Shown here piece after piece: positions 25,393-38,431 of a stretch of DNA of 64,000 nt. The number at the start of each line of letters is the position of its first letter. The stretch's first letter is position 1. The DNA comes from Octopus vulgaris (lineage: Eukaryota), in NCBI GenBank assembly GCA_951406725.2, contig OX597822.1, positions 23,188,001 to 23,252,000 of the forward strand, written 5' to 3'. Position numbers and translations under genes: made by a program. Below the pieces are notes generated by a model that saw only the letters and a program-made list of their open reading frames with translations, had not been told where the DNA came from and ran no database searches.

Positions 25393-27613
25393 GGAGGGAG
25401 AGAGAGAGATGCACCAGCAGCACCTAGCTGGTAGTTATTTATAGCTGAGCAGACCAGTGAAAAGTGAAATAAAGTGGCTTGCTTAAGGACACAATGCATT
25501 GGCTAGTCCAGGAATTGAATCTATGGCCTTATGATTATGAGCTGAATACCATAACCTTGAGGCCTTGTACTTTCATGTAATCATGAGACACTCTCAACTG
25601 ATTTCTATAAATGGCCTGATCAGATTTTGTTGTGTAGGTGGCAGCACCATAGTTATGGATACTGATGACCAGAATAAATTTTAAAGAACCTTCAATTTTG
25701 TTTTAAAATGATTCCCATCAGGAGTGTAGTATCAGATTAATATGATACAGGACAAAAAAAAAGGGGAAAACAAAAAAACAAAAACAACCACCTTCAAATG
25801 ATCAGATTGAATGAGGAATATACATAAGGAAGAAGAGGAATTGAAGAAACAAAATAAGAACTGGATATTAGAGGCATTAATGTCATTCATAAGAGAAAAT
25901 ATGGGAATAGTTCTTCAATTATTCAAAGAAAAATTATGAATATGAGAAGCAATGAGGTCATGGTACATTCACAGAGAAAGCAACGGCAGTTATCTTCTTT
26001 CTCTTTTTATGTATGTGTACAAACTGAAAGTACTTTTATACAAAAAGCCTGTTGCTAGGTATTATCTGTTGGTAACCATGAAGACTATTAGGCAGATACA
26101 CAGATGTCACAGTTGATATTTGCAGCTAATTCCTCTGAAATTTGACTGTATATCCATTGAAGTAACTATCATGTTGGATTCTCAATTCTGTTGCAAAGAA
26201 ATTTCTCAATTAAGATTGATCAAGGAAAGTATTTGTATGGAAGTGAACAAGAAATGAACAAAGATAAGAACAGATGGAGAAAACTAATTTTGTGGGCCTA
26301 GAGAGAATTTGTGCTATAGAATAGAGAGAAAAAAATACCATTATGTTAAGTATTTCCTCTTGTACAATTAATGGGTCAGGTGAAGGAAATCAACTGAGAG
26401 AGCAAACATTACAAAATATAATTTCCACCATCCCAAAAAAAAAAACAAAAAAAAAACAAAAACCATGCCATCATTTTTTACTTTGAAGGTCAACCTTCAT
26501 CTTCTTCAATCCTTTTAAACACTTAGGCACATCATGGTATTGTACCAGTTTTCTCCCCTGTAGTTGCAGGCACATTGTATTGTATTGAGAGGGGAGAAAA
26601 CTTGCATGGCGACATCATGTGTCAACAGTGTGCTAAAGGTTAATGTCCACATTTCCAAGCTTGCAGGAGTCAGATGGAATTTGTTAAGGCATATATTTTC
26701 TATAGCCAGATGCCCCGCCTGTTTCCAAGCAAGGTAATATTTCCCCATGACCAGACACGTTTTCACAGAAGATGGCAAATGAATAACATTGCTTGTATGA
26801 TGATGATGCTTGTTTACAGTTGTTGCCAAATGTCGAGACAGGGACACACCTGCATCAGTGCCACATAAAAACACTTGTGCTGACACCATGTAAAAAGCAC
26901 CTGTGCCAATGCCACATCAAGGCACCCAGTACACTGATAGCATTAAGAAGGGCATTCAGCCATGGAAACTATGACAAAATAAACAGATACATACACACAC
27001 ACACACACACATATATATAAGGCAGGCTTCTTTCAGTTTCCATCTACCAAATCTATTCACAATGCTTTGGCTGGGCTGATGCTATAGTAAAAGACACTTG
27101 CCCAAGGTGCCACACAGTGGGACTGAACCCAGCGCCATGTGGTTACAAAGTGAGCTTCTTAATCATGAAATTTAAAGCTTTCAAAAACTGTTTGGCCTAT
27201 AAGACCATATAAATGCACACACACCTACAAACACACAAACTGCCATCGCTGCCACCACCACACACACACAAACAGAGACACATGTGACTATGAAGAGAGG
27301 ATACAAACGTTGTTTGCTGCCAGAAAATGAGCATTAACTAAAGAGGGTGTTTTTTCAGTAGGTTTTTCTAGAAGATCACAAAAGAACACATTCAACCACA
27401 TATTACCACATTTGATTAGTCACTCCTATATGTATACATGTACTAATGGAAAACCAGAGGAAGAAAATAGTGGTGGTGGTGGCGGTAGCTGTACTCAAAC
27501 TTTACAAGTAGTTTTATAAAGGAACTATTATTAATGCCAGACTTCAAGTGTTTAGTGTAGTGTAGTGTGTGTGAAAGCCTCAACAAAAGAACCATTGTTC
27601 TCTTGGTACTTAC

Positions 27614-27675
27614 TTCAGTGACGAATTCAGTTTGGTGGCCTTATTGGTAAAATCCTCCCAGATTGGTGAACTTCT
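27614..27675 (-). CDS. MTSS1: Internal coding exon (exon 2 equivalent) of an MTSS1/MIM-like I-BAR (IMD) domain protein
   Basis: Minus strand reads polypyrimidine tract ...ctctttcctttttctttttacag | AGAAGTTCACCAATCTGGGAGGATTTTACCAATAAGGCCACCAAACTGAATTCGTCACTGAA | gtaagt. It is 62 nt, phase 0 to phase 2, and translates to RSSPIWEDFTNKATKLNSSL(K). Human MTSS1 as recalled reads GSYPVWEDFINKAGKLQSQL(R), also on a 62-nt exon 2. Too short for the ORF track. MTSS1 vs MTSS2 orthology cannot be resolved; invertebrates usually have one MIM. Confidence 0.9.
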
Positions 27676-27965
27676 CTGTAAAAAGAAAAAGGAAAGAGAG
27701 AAAAGAAAACCATTAATAATTGAATTTAATATGTTTTCATATTGACGACAATGTTAACAAATTATATCTTAAGTATGACAACACACACACACATGCACAC
27801 ATACAAACATGTGCAGACACACGCATACACACACAATGAGTTTCGTACAACAGTTTCAGTCAATGAAATTCACTCACAAAGCACAGGTTAGTCCTGGTTA
27901 CAGTAGAAGACATTTTATCCAAAGGGTGTCAAATTATGGAATTCTGAATTTATAGGTACTACAAA

Positions 27966-28019
<54 letters not shown>
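27966..28019 (+). repeat. (AAT)n microsatellite, about 18 units
   Basis: Directly visible. Confidence 0.9.
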
Positions 28020-28232
28020 CCTTTCTATGAAAGGCAAAAGACCTGAAATTTGATGGGAAGGGACTACTCAATTACATTAACTCCAGCGTTTCACTGGTAC
28101 TTAATTTATCGACATTGAAAGGATGAAAAGCAAAGTTAACCTCAGCGGAATTTGAACTCAGAATGTAGATACAGATGAAATGCCGCTAAGCATTTTGCCT
28201 GACATGCTAATGATTCTGCCAGCTCACTGCCC
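28018..28232 (-). mobile_element. Family B SINE variant inserted in an (AAT)n tract
   Basis: Nin-domain core; flanked by (AAT)n on both sides. Confidence 0.75.
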
Positions 28233-28849
28233 TAATAATAATAATATTAACGAGGACAACAATAACAACTATATAATTGTGATAAAATATGCTGTATGTG
28301 ACAAATTTTACAGCTCATGAAAAATCACAAAATTCTCTAAAATTATGCAGAGTTCAGTATATTACAATAGATTGCTGGATATTAATTACCAAGAAATTGA
28401 TTGATAATGTGCAATAGGGCTGAACTCGAAATCATGTGGTTGAGAAGTGAGTTTCTTAACTACAGAGCTATGTATGCACCTCACACACACATAGATAGAT
28501 AGATAGAGGGAGAGAGGTTGATATCTTGGCCATCTGGCATATATCAGACTGGCAGACCGATTCCTGTTGGTGATTATATTTACTTATTTTCCTTTACCCC
28601 TCTAAGGAGTATTTTGCCCAATATACTTTGAGGGTGGTGGTGTCTATGTTGCTTTTTGAAGGATCAATAAGCATTAAGGATGCTGAAATATTAGTGAACT
28701 ACAACTGGAAGAGAGCAGTAATTTAAGGATAAAATTCCCTAATTTCCAGCCGAATATCAATGCAATAATCACTATTCAACATTAATACATATTCAACATT
28801 AACCTATTAGCATTCCAGATTATTCTATCAAATGTTAAAAAAGGTAAAG

Positions 28850-29170
28850 ACCCCCTTCGGTCATGAATGACCATGGGATTGCACCTAGAAAGTTACCCAC
28901 CAAGGTACAATCTAGGCAAGGTTGTTTATGGAAGACCAGCAGTCGCCCATGCATACCGGCCTCCCCTCTCCATGCCACCAATGTTATCCAAGGGAAAAGC
29001 AAAGGCTGATGCAGCTTGGCACCAGTGACATTATATCTCATTTCTACAGCTGAATGGACTGCAGCAACATGAAATAAAGTGTCTTGCTCAAGAACACAAT
29101 ACACAGTCCAGTCCAAGAATTGAACTCACTACCTCATGATTGTGAGCCCAACACTCTAACCACTGAGCCA
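28850..29170 (-). mobile_element. tRNA-derived CORE-like SINE (family E). Related copies at 49618-49812 (+), 58675-58917 (-), 25410-25575 (-) and 45249-45338
   Basis: Reverse strand: tggctcagtggttagagt...gagttcaattc head, tgtattgtgttcttgagcaagacactttatttcatgttgctgcagtccattcagctgtagaaatg CORE-like segment, and tail ...catgaccgaagggggtctttacc. Confidence 0.75.
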
Positions 29171-31000
29171 TAATGCTTATTAATTCACATTGATTTGAAT
29201 TAATTATGCATTATCATGCAGCTTTGCGATTTCAATAATGTAATTATATATTTTCATAATGATATTGTTAGGTATTTTCATATATTTTCATAATGATATT
29301 ATTAGGTAGGTGTGAGAGGCCAGATCTGGCCAGTTTGAACATAAAACAGGTAAAAATGTGGGGCTGGATACATTTAAATGGTCAAAATGCTAAAGGGTTA
29401 AATATTCTGATTATATCACCATAATGTGACTCAATTTTTAGGGTTCTTTATCAGTTTTGCTAAGAATTTTCATTAAATTTCTTTAAATATTACTTATTAA
29501 AACTTATCAATGACACAAAAGGAATTATTGTTTATTAGTAATTTACATGACAGGGATTCATAAGTTATCAAATGATTCCATGTAGGGGTCAGTCATATAA
29601 AAATTTTGCTGCTCCTTGGTTTAGAATTAAGATGTGCCCTGAAAAGCAAAAGTATTTTCCATACATGTCACAGATTCTCCCATTTTAGATGATGTATGAG
29701 AGTTCTACAAGTTCTTGCTGAACAACCACACAGATGTTTTGTTTATAATGATCAAATGTTTCTGTTCGCATAAGCTCACTTCCTCCATCAAATCAACATT
29801 ACCTGTCATCAGGACATATACGTGCATGTACTTGTGTGTGAGTGTGGACATATACGTGCATGTGTGTGTGTGAGTGTGGACAGGTAGCGTCTTTTTTTTG
29901 CAATCTGACACTAAAACATGCCCAGCCACTGTGCTGTTTGTTTTTTGAAGGACTAAGGTAAATATATCACTTTACTTGGAAACAAGTGAGTGTTGGGGGA
30001 CAGGAAAAGCATCCAGCCAAAGAAAATTGGCTCCAACAAATTTTTACTTGACCAATACAAGCATGGAAATGTGGACACTAAAACGATGATGATGATGATA
30101 TATTCGACAAAAACTTCTAGACAAGGATGTCAACAGGTCAATGGGATAAAGGCAACTACTGAAAAGTTTGCATGCCAGCACCGGACTGAGTAGGATATCT
30201 GTAGGAAGAAGATAAGGTAGTAGACATACCAAGCTGTATAGCATGCATGCGTCTGTCTGTTTGTATTTATATGTGTCTAAGTATTTATATATATGCATGT
30301 GTGTGTGTGTACGTGTACAAGTAAGCATTCGTATAGGAGCCAGCTGGTGAGTAATGTATGCGTTTAAGCAAACATGACTTTCATGGTGATAGAAGTTACA
30401 GACCCCAGATGGTTATCAGTGAATTACTAAAACAGTGTTTATATTTCATGAGTCAAAAACCGTAACCTTAAGTTGATGTAAATTTAACTATCAGTTATTA
30501 AGAATCGAAAAATATTACACACACACACACACACGTGTGTCCTTTCATTGGTTAAGAAGAGAAAACTGCAACAAATCCAACTAATAAACCAATAAAATAT
30601 TTATATTTGCACAATTTATAAAGGAACCAAACATAGGAATGGGTAGGGGTTTTATTCTATTTTTAAAAAAACATCGAATTATTAGTACTTTTAATCGGTG
30701 ACACTCCCTACTAACTTAAGGAAGAGTGTGGGTGTAAATGGGGAGTGTAATAGTCATGACTTTCCTCAGGAGTACTATTAGCAGATATGGCTGTGTGGTT
30801 GAGAAGCTTGCTTCCCAGTCATGACTTCAGGTTCAGTTCCACTGTGTAGGGTCTTGTGCAAGTGTCTTCTACTATAGCTCTAGGCTGACCACTGTCTTGT
30901 CAGCAGACTTAGCAGATGGAAACTGAAAGAAGCTTTGTTGTATATGTGTATAAGTCATTTTACTATTTTCATTTAGAATTGTTTCATTATATCATGATAA

Positions 31001-31393
31001 CTCTTTTACTTGTTTCAGTCATTTGACTGCGGCCATGCGGGAGCACCGCCTTTAGTCGAGCAAATCAACCCCAGGAGTTATTCTTTTGCAAGCCTAGTAC
31101 TTATTCTATCAGTATATTTTGCCAAACAAGGGATGTAAACACACCAGCATCAGTTGTCAAGCGATGTTGGGGGGGGCAAACACAGACACACAAACATATA
31201 CACATACACATGTATATATACATATATATGACGGGCTTCTTTCAGTTTCTGTCTACCAAATCCACTCACAAGGCTTTGGTCGGCCCGAGGCTATGGTAGA
31301 AGACACTTGCCCAAGGTGCCACGCAGTGGGACTGAACCCGGAACCATGTGGTTGGTAAGCAAGCTGCTTACCACACAGCCACTCCTGCGCCTA
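31001..31393 (-). mobile_element. Family A SINE, full length
   Basis: Near-consensus copy; inverted relative to the head fragment at 30778-30935. Confidence 0.85.
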
Positions 31394-32285
31394 TAAGATG
31401 AAACAATTGTAAATTAAAGTAGTAAAATGACTAACTCACCCCATTCTTATTTCTCATTATATTATACACGCAAACATATATATATAAAATCAAAGGTGGA
31501 ACACAATGTGTTATTATATATGCACATGAAGATGTTTAGTAGTATTTCATCTGTCTTTACATTCTGACTTCAAATTCTGCTAAGGTCAACTTTGCCTTTT
31601 GTCTTTTCACAATTGATAAAACTATCAGTACTAGTTTTGACTAGTTCCCTCCCACAAAATTTCAGGCCTTGTACCTATAGTAGAATGGTGTGAGTGTGAT
31701 TTAACCTGAGCTTAGTTATGATGATCATAAGTGTTTCAGCCTTAACTATCATCTCTGTTTTGTTGTTTATATATTTAAGACTACATTATTTAATAAATCC
31801 TTACTCCTTCTCTTTAAGAATAGGAGGATGTAATTTAGGAAAACTTACTATTTCTAGCAGGTCAAGTTACTGCATAAAGACTCCCTCATGTGTGTGTGTT
31901 TGGCATATTTAGTTGCAGCAGCTAAATAATATGAGAGTTGATTGCATCCAAGAAATGCACTCCTTGCATGACTAAATGGTTATTGCAATTAGGGTGTCAA
32001 ATTATGGAATTCTGAATTTATAGACACAATAATAATGATGATGATGATAAGAACAACAAGAGTATAGAATTATAATAAAATATAATGCTGTATGTGATAA
32101 ATTTTACACCTCATTGAATAAAGTAACAAAATTCTCTGAAATTATGCAGAGTTCAGTATATTAAAATCAATTGCTGGAGATTAATTACCAAAGAATTGAA
32201 TGATAATTAGGTTAAACAACTTTAAAGTGTAGAAGTTCAGAAGAAAATGAGTGGCTGTGTGGTAAGAAGTTTGTTTCCAAACCAC

Positions 32286-32580
32286 CCATCATCATCATTG
32301 TTCGACCGTGGTCGACACAGTGGAATTTACTATGTTATGCCAGACTTCACGGTCCATCAAAGCATTACAGAGGTCCTGTTGCTGGATGCCTGTATCCCTG
32401 GAGATTACATCAGGGTAGGAGAGTGTGCGCCCTCTGGTATCGTGAGCTTCCAGAGGAGAAGAGTAGAAATTACCTTGTTTTCAGCTCTACAACAATGTCC
32501 AGCAAATGGGACTCTTCTACCTTTCACAAGAGATGATACAGGTGGTAGTTTCCCATATATTTGTACTTTGGTTGGATGAC
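32286..32580 (-). mobile_element. 3' end of an RTE-clade LINE
   Basis: Minus translation HPTKVQIYGKLPPVSSLVKGRRVPFAGHCCRAENKVISTLLLWK / TRGRTLSYPDVISRDTGIQQQDLCNALMDREVWHNIV...EQ*, then a (TGA)n tail. This is a typical RTE C-terminus (RR.F.GHC.R; DR..W). Confidence 0.8.
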
Positions 32581-33423
32581 ACTAAAGAAACTCGCAATGG
32601 GACAGAACCTAAAACCATGTAATTGGTAAGCAAACGTCTTAATACAGCCATGCCTACTGTCTTAGAAATAACAAAAAAAAAAAAAAGGAAAGGGCACAGG
32701 AAATGTAATTTGAGTTGTATAAAAACATGGGAAGTGTCATGTTCAGAATGCCTCTGAGTAGGTTTAAATAACAATAAATATACACAACTGCCATGTATAT
32801 TTTGTCTTTTACATGATTCGGTCACTGGACTGTAGCCATGCTGGAGCATTGTCTTGAAAAGTTTAGTCAAACAAATCAACCCCAGTAATTACATTTTTTT
32901 AAAGACTGTTACTTATTCGATCAGTCTCTTTTTGCAGAACCACGAAATTACAAGACAGTAATCAAACCAACACCTTTTGTCAAATTATAGTGAGGAACAA
33001 ACACAAAGATACATGAGTATAAATATATAGGCATAGGAGTGGCTGTGTGGTAAGAAGCTTGCTTACCAACCACATGGTTCCATGTTCAGTTCCTCTGTGT
33101 GACACGTTGGGCAAGTGTCAGCTACTATAGCCTCAGGCCAACCAAAGCCTTGTGAGTGGATTTGGTAGGCAGAAACTGAAAGGAGCCCATTGCATATACA
33201 TATATGTGTGTGTGTTTGTGTGTGTCTGTCCCCCACCAGTGCTTGACAACCGATGTTGGTGTGCTTACGCCCCCATATCTTAGTGGTTTGGCAAAAGAGA
33301 TCGATAGAATAAATACTAGGCTTACAAAGGATAAGTCCTGGGGTTCAGTGGACATTGAATGATGACTATACTGATTATACACATATATATTAGCATGGAA
33401 AACAGAGAGGAAATGAGCCTATC

Positions 33424-33484
<61 letters not shown>

Positions 33485-33931
33485 TTTATTGACTATTTGG
33501 GTAGGTGTCTTCCACTATAGCCCCGAGTCGACCGGAGCTTTGTGATTGAATTCGGTAGGTGGAAGTTACTGCCGTGTGTGTATGTGTGCGTATAGCTGCT
33601 CAGTGCCTCTCCGAAAGAGAGAGAGGGATATATATATATATATATTAGTCAATTCATATAAATGAGTAAAATTAATGGTCAGCAAGAGGACGTGCAGAAG
33701 ATATATTATCAGCTTGACGCTCAGTGAAAAGTCCAAAGAAGGAAAAGAAATCTCTGGTGACATGTAGAAGGCACTCAGTACTTTCTGTGGTGGAGTGGTT
33801 GGTGTCAAGAAAGAATATCCAGATATAGAAACCAAGCAAAATCAGGCTGGAGCCTGGTGGATCTCTTTGGCTTACCAGTTCCACTCAAACTGTCTAATCT
33901 ATGCCAGTATGGATAACAGACACAAAATGAT

Positions 33932-33977
<46 letters not shown>

Positions 33978-35052
33978 CACAGAAAAAATCAGAGCCATGA
34001 GATGATAGAATATTTAACTTAATAGAGCTATGATCATTCATCTAAATGAGATTGAGTGAATAGAAGAGATTCACAAAGAAAATATAATTGCATCACTTGT
34101 GTAATGTTCCGATGAATTAAAAAAAAAACAACAACAACAGTTCAGAATCGGTATTGTATATGACAACAACAGCAATACAGTTAGAAAACAAACGAGAGAA
34201 TCCCCCCCTCCTCCACCACCACAACAACAACGCTTAGAACACTTAAAACTCTTACTGAAGTGAGACAAAAAGTAGAACAACCCTATTGCTATATATGACA
34301 AATATAAAATGAAACATGAGGGAGAATTCCTACATGAGTCACACAGATAAAACACGCTATGATCGAATGGAGTAATCCTCCAAATCTATTTAACTCCAAA
34401 GCACAAATGGTAAACTGGCTGAGGGGGGGGGGACCCTGTGAAAAATGATGACAAAACATCAATGATGATTCAACAAAAATTAATTAGTCTTTAAGTACAA
34501 GATATGTTTGTATTTATTTATTTATTTATATTTTTTAATATTTGTCCCCCCCCCCCCCACCATTTCTTACAAGTTCATAGCATAAAAGTCAAGGATTTAG
34601 ATTTATTTTTCAAAAGGAATGAGTGAATAACAAAACCAAATCAACATTATACGGTATTTTTCTTTTTTTAAATTCCTCAAACTCGTATTTCTTTCATAAG
34701 CACCCATCTTACATCGTTCTTTCTTTTTCTGGTTCCTTTAAATTAAGTTTATTCAGTTCTTTCCTCCAAATTTCCAAATTGAATCCCACATTATAATAGA
34801 AATCTAAAAACGAGAGGAATGTGTAAAAACCAAAGCAGCAACAATATAATAATAGAAGTAGTAGTAGTAGTAGTAGTAAGGCATTAATGTCCCTGTATTT
34901 CCATCCTAGACTACTTTTAATCAAAAGGTGGTTAATTGGAAAAGTCATTTGGAACATCTTACTACAACACATTGTTGCATTTGTTCTAACGAGGATTGTA
35001 AAACCAAACTAATTTCTTTCAAAATGAATTTTGTTAAGTAGTTTTACATGTT

Positions 35053-35447
35053 CAGGCATGGCTGTGTGGTAAGAAGCTTGCTTCCCAACCACATGGTTCT
35101 AAGTTCAGTCTCACCATGTGGCACACCTTGGGCAAGTGTCTTTTACTATAGCCTCGGTCAACCAAAGCATTGTGAGTGGATTTAGTAGATGGAAACTGAA
35201 AGAAGCCTGCCTTGCATATGCATATCTATATGTATGTGTGTGTCTTTGTGTCTGTGTTTGTTCCCCCGCCACTGCTTGACAACTGGTGTTGGTGTGTTTG
35301 CATCCCTGTAACTTAGTGGTTTGCCCAAAGAGACAGATAAAATAAGTACCATGCTTTTTGAAAAAACAAGTTCTGGTGTCGATTCATTTGACTAAAAATT
35401 CAAGGCAGTGCCCCAGTATGGCCACAATCTACTGACTGAAAAAAGTA
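35053..35447 (+). mobile_element. Family A SINE, full length
   Basis: Head ggcatggctgtgtggtaagaagcttgcttcccaaccacatggttc...; same tail. Confidence 0.8.
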
Positions 35448-36011
35448 GGGGAAAAAATCCATTTTCAGAAATAAGAGCTGAAGATTTGACATGCATACTC
35501 TACAGCCCTGGTACCAGCCTAGTGCTAGTTACAGGACTCTCTCTTTTCCTGGTTGTCATATTCTAAATGTTCCACTGGGTTTAACCCTTTAGTATTCAGA
35601 TTATTCTATCAAATGGAAATGCTTTGAATTAATCATGCATCATTTGTAACTTTGAGGTTTCAATGATGTGATTGTTTATTTTTAGAATGACATTGTAAGG
35701 TTGGGAGTATGAGGCCAGATTTGGTTGATTTGAAAAAAAGGTATTAAAAAAGGTTGATATTTCGTGGGGATGAGTCTAGTCAATTGCATCTATCCCAGCA
35801 CTCAACTGGTACTTACTTTATCGAACCAGAAAAGAGAAAAGGCAAAGTCAACCTTGGTGACATCTGAACTCAGAATGTAAAGCCAAAAAAATATTCTGCT
35901 AAGAATTTTTTCTGGCAGGTCAACAATTCTACTAGCTTGTTGCCTTACCTAAAACAAATAGCAAAAGCAAGGTCCATACCACCAAGCCATCCTCAATTAC
36001 AAGTGACAGCT

Positions 36012-36044
<33 letters not shown>

Positions 36045-37840
36045 ATAACTGCAATTCATATATTTCAAAAGGATCTTTAACATCCACCCACACACACATG
36101 TAACCTATTAATTGAGTATACAAATATAATTCTTATACAAGGCTTTTAACACAATCATATTATCCATCATACGAGTCCTGTCGACCATCTGCCACCATAG
36201 TGTGGCACATTACAGCCCTCTAAAATTCCGACACTAATATCAATGTGTTTTGTTATGTAGGTAGAAAATCAAACATTAAGAACAAAGAGTGAGTGTGCAT
36301 GTGTGTATGAGTATATATATATATGTATATATTCAGTTATATTGATCCAGTTGATTCAGAACTTCAGTAGTATTTTATTTTATCAATAACTCCTACGCAC
36401 CTCAGACAGATCGAACACGTAAAAAAGTTTCCTTTGACTCTGGTGAAATTTTAATTCAGACCATAAAGCATGGGTTCTCAACCAACAAGCTGCAGACCAG
36501 AACCAAGTCACACACAAAGAATAAATTTTAAATTCTATTTTATAGACTATTACAGTCTGCAAGTCTTTTTTTTTTTTTTTCCATTTTTTCTGTTGAATAT
36601 GTATTGCAAACATAATTATATACATATTTTTTTTTCTCTTATTTATTTCAGTTATTAGACAGCACGCTGGGGTGCTACCTTGAAGAATTTTTAGTTTTTT
36701 GTTTAAGCCTTTAGTGTTCAGATTATTCTGTCAAATGTGATATTTGTTCATTTATATTGTTTTGAATTAATCATGTATTATCTTGTAGTTTAGAGATTTC
36801 AGTGATGCTATTTTTTAGTTTTAGAATGACATGGTAGGGCTGAGGTGAGAAGCGAGATCTGGTCAGTTTCAATATAAAACAGGTTAAATATTTTGGCCAG
36901 ATATGGCCGGTTTGAATGCTAAAGGGTTAAAGTCTGGTACTTATTCTATTGGTCTCTTTTGCCAAACCATCAAGTTAGCAGGATGCAAATACATCAACAC
37001 CAGTTTCAAGTGGTGGTGGTGGACAGACACAAACTTCTCTCACACACATATATACGCACACACACACATCAAATCCATACACAAGGCATTAGTTGCCTGA
37101 GCCCAAGGTGCTACACAGTAGGACTGAACTTGGGACCATGAGGTTGGGAAGCAAACTTCTTATCACACTGCCAGGCTTGCATCTATGTGTGTGTGTGTGT
37201 GTATGGAGGTTCTATGCATTGCTTGACTTGCAAAAAGCAGGAACCAAATATCTCTCAAATAATATCATAACATGATAAAAAAAAAGAAAGAAAGAACATA
37301 CAAGAAAAAGATTGGATGGTCACAGTTGGAATGCTTTTGATCATAACTCCGCTCAATCAAAGGCTGACCTCAGACTAAACAATGACAATAACAGGCTGTG
37401 AATAAAAATCAATACAGCTTTGTTTGCTCAACTGATTTTGGTCAGGGAATATAGAGAGAGAGGACTTGTACTCAACTCATTTCTCTAACTCCACACCCAC
37501 CACCTCATATTTCCTATACAACACACACACATACACACAAGCTATTCCTCACTTTCCTACTACAGAGCCTCTAAATGGTTGCACAATATGCTAAAAATAG
37601 CATCCCAAGTCTCCCTTGAATCATACACACACACATAAACAAATGTGAAAATATGCACACCAGTGTTATATACAAACATGCATCTCTGTCATTTGGAAGA
37701 CTCCATGTAACCAGGGGTCTGGGCTGTTTATTATTCGATAGACTTAGAGATTATTACTTTGCTTGGAAATGAGTGAGGGTTGGTGTCAGGAAAGGTATTC
37801 AACCCTATAAAAGCTGCCTCAATGAATTCTGTCTGACCCA

Positions 37841-38046
37841 TTAACCCTTTCGTTACCAACCCGGCTGAAACTGGCTCTGGCTCTGAGTACAAATGTTTTG
37901 TTTTCATAAGTTTTGAATTAAAATCTTCCACCAAACCTTAAACACAATTTATGTTCCTAACACTGTTATTAAATTATTGGTTATACTTAAAGTAATTGAA
38001 AGAAAAACAGGGTATCTCAAAATAAATACAGTTACAAAAGGGTTAA
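37841..38046. mobile_element. piggyBac-type MITE (TTAA target). Related copies at about 205-835, 9840-10055, 21510-21720, 40540-40740 and 55275-55360
   Basis: TTAA-CCCTTTCGTTAC ... GTTACAAAAGGG-TTAA; inserted within a family C remnant. Confidence 0.75.
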
Positions 38047-38285
38047 GGTATGTAAGCATGGAAATGAAGGTGTTTACACATACACACCAAAAATAAATAG
38101 ACATCCCTCATTGTATGTAAACACTAGTCATTAGTATGATAACCAAATGCATTGAATCATTAAGATCTGCAGAAAGCATGTATAGTAAATACTAAATTAA
38201 GTATTTAAATAAATCAAATGACATTTTGCTTCTGGAAATAAATCTTACAAAAATGATGGTGCATATACATACGAACATTATATAT

Positions 38286-38431
38286 ATTTCTTTACTACCC
38301 ACAAGGGGCTAAACATAGAGGGGACAAATGAGGACAGACAAACGGATTAAGTCAATTATATCGACTCAGTGTGAAACTGGTACTTTATTTATTGACCCCG
38401 AGAGGATGAAAGGCAAAGTCGACCTTGGTGG
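38286..38431 (-). mobile_element. 5'-truncated family B SINE
   Basis: 3' half only; TSD-like ata(c/t)gaacattatata. Confidence 0.75.
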
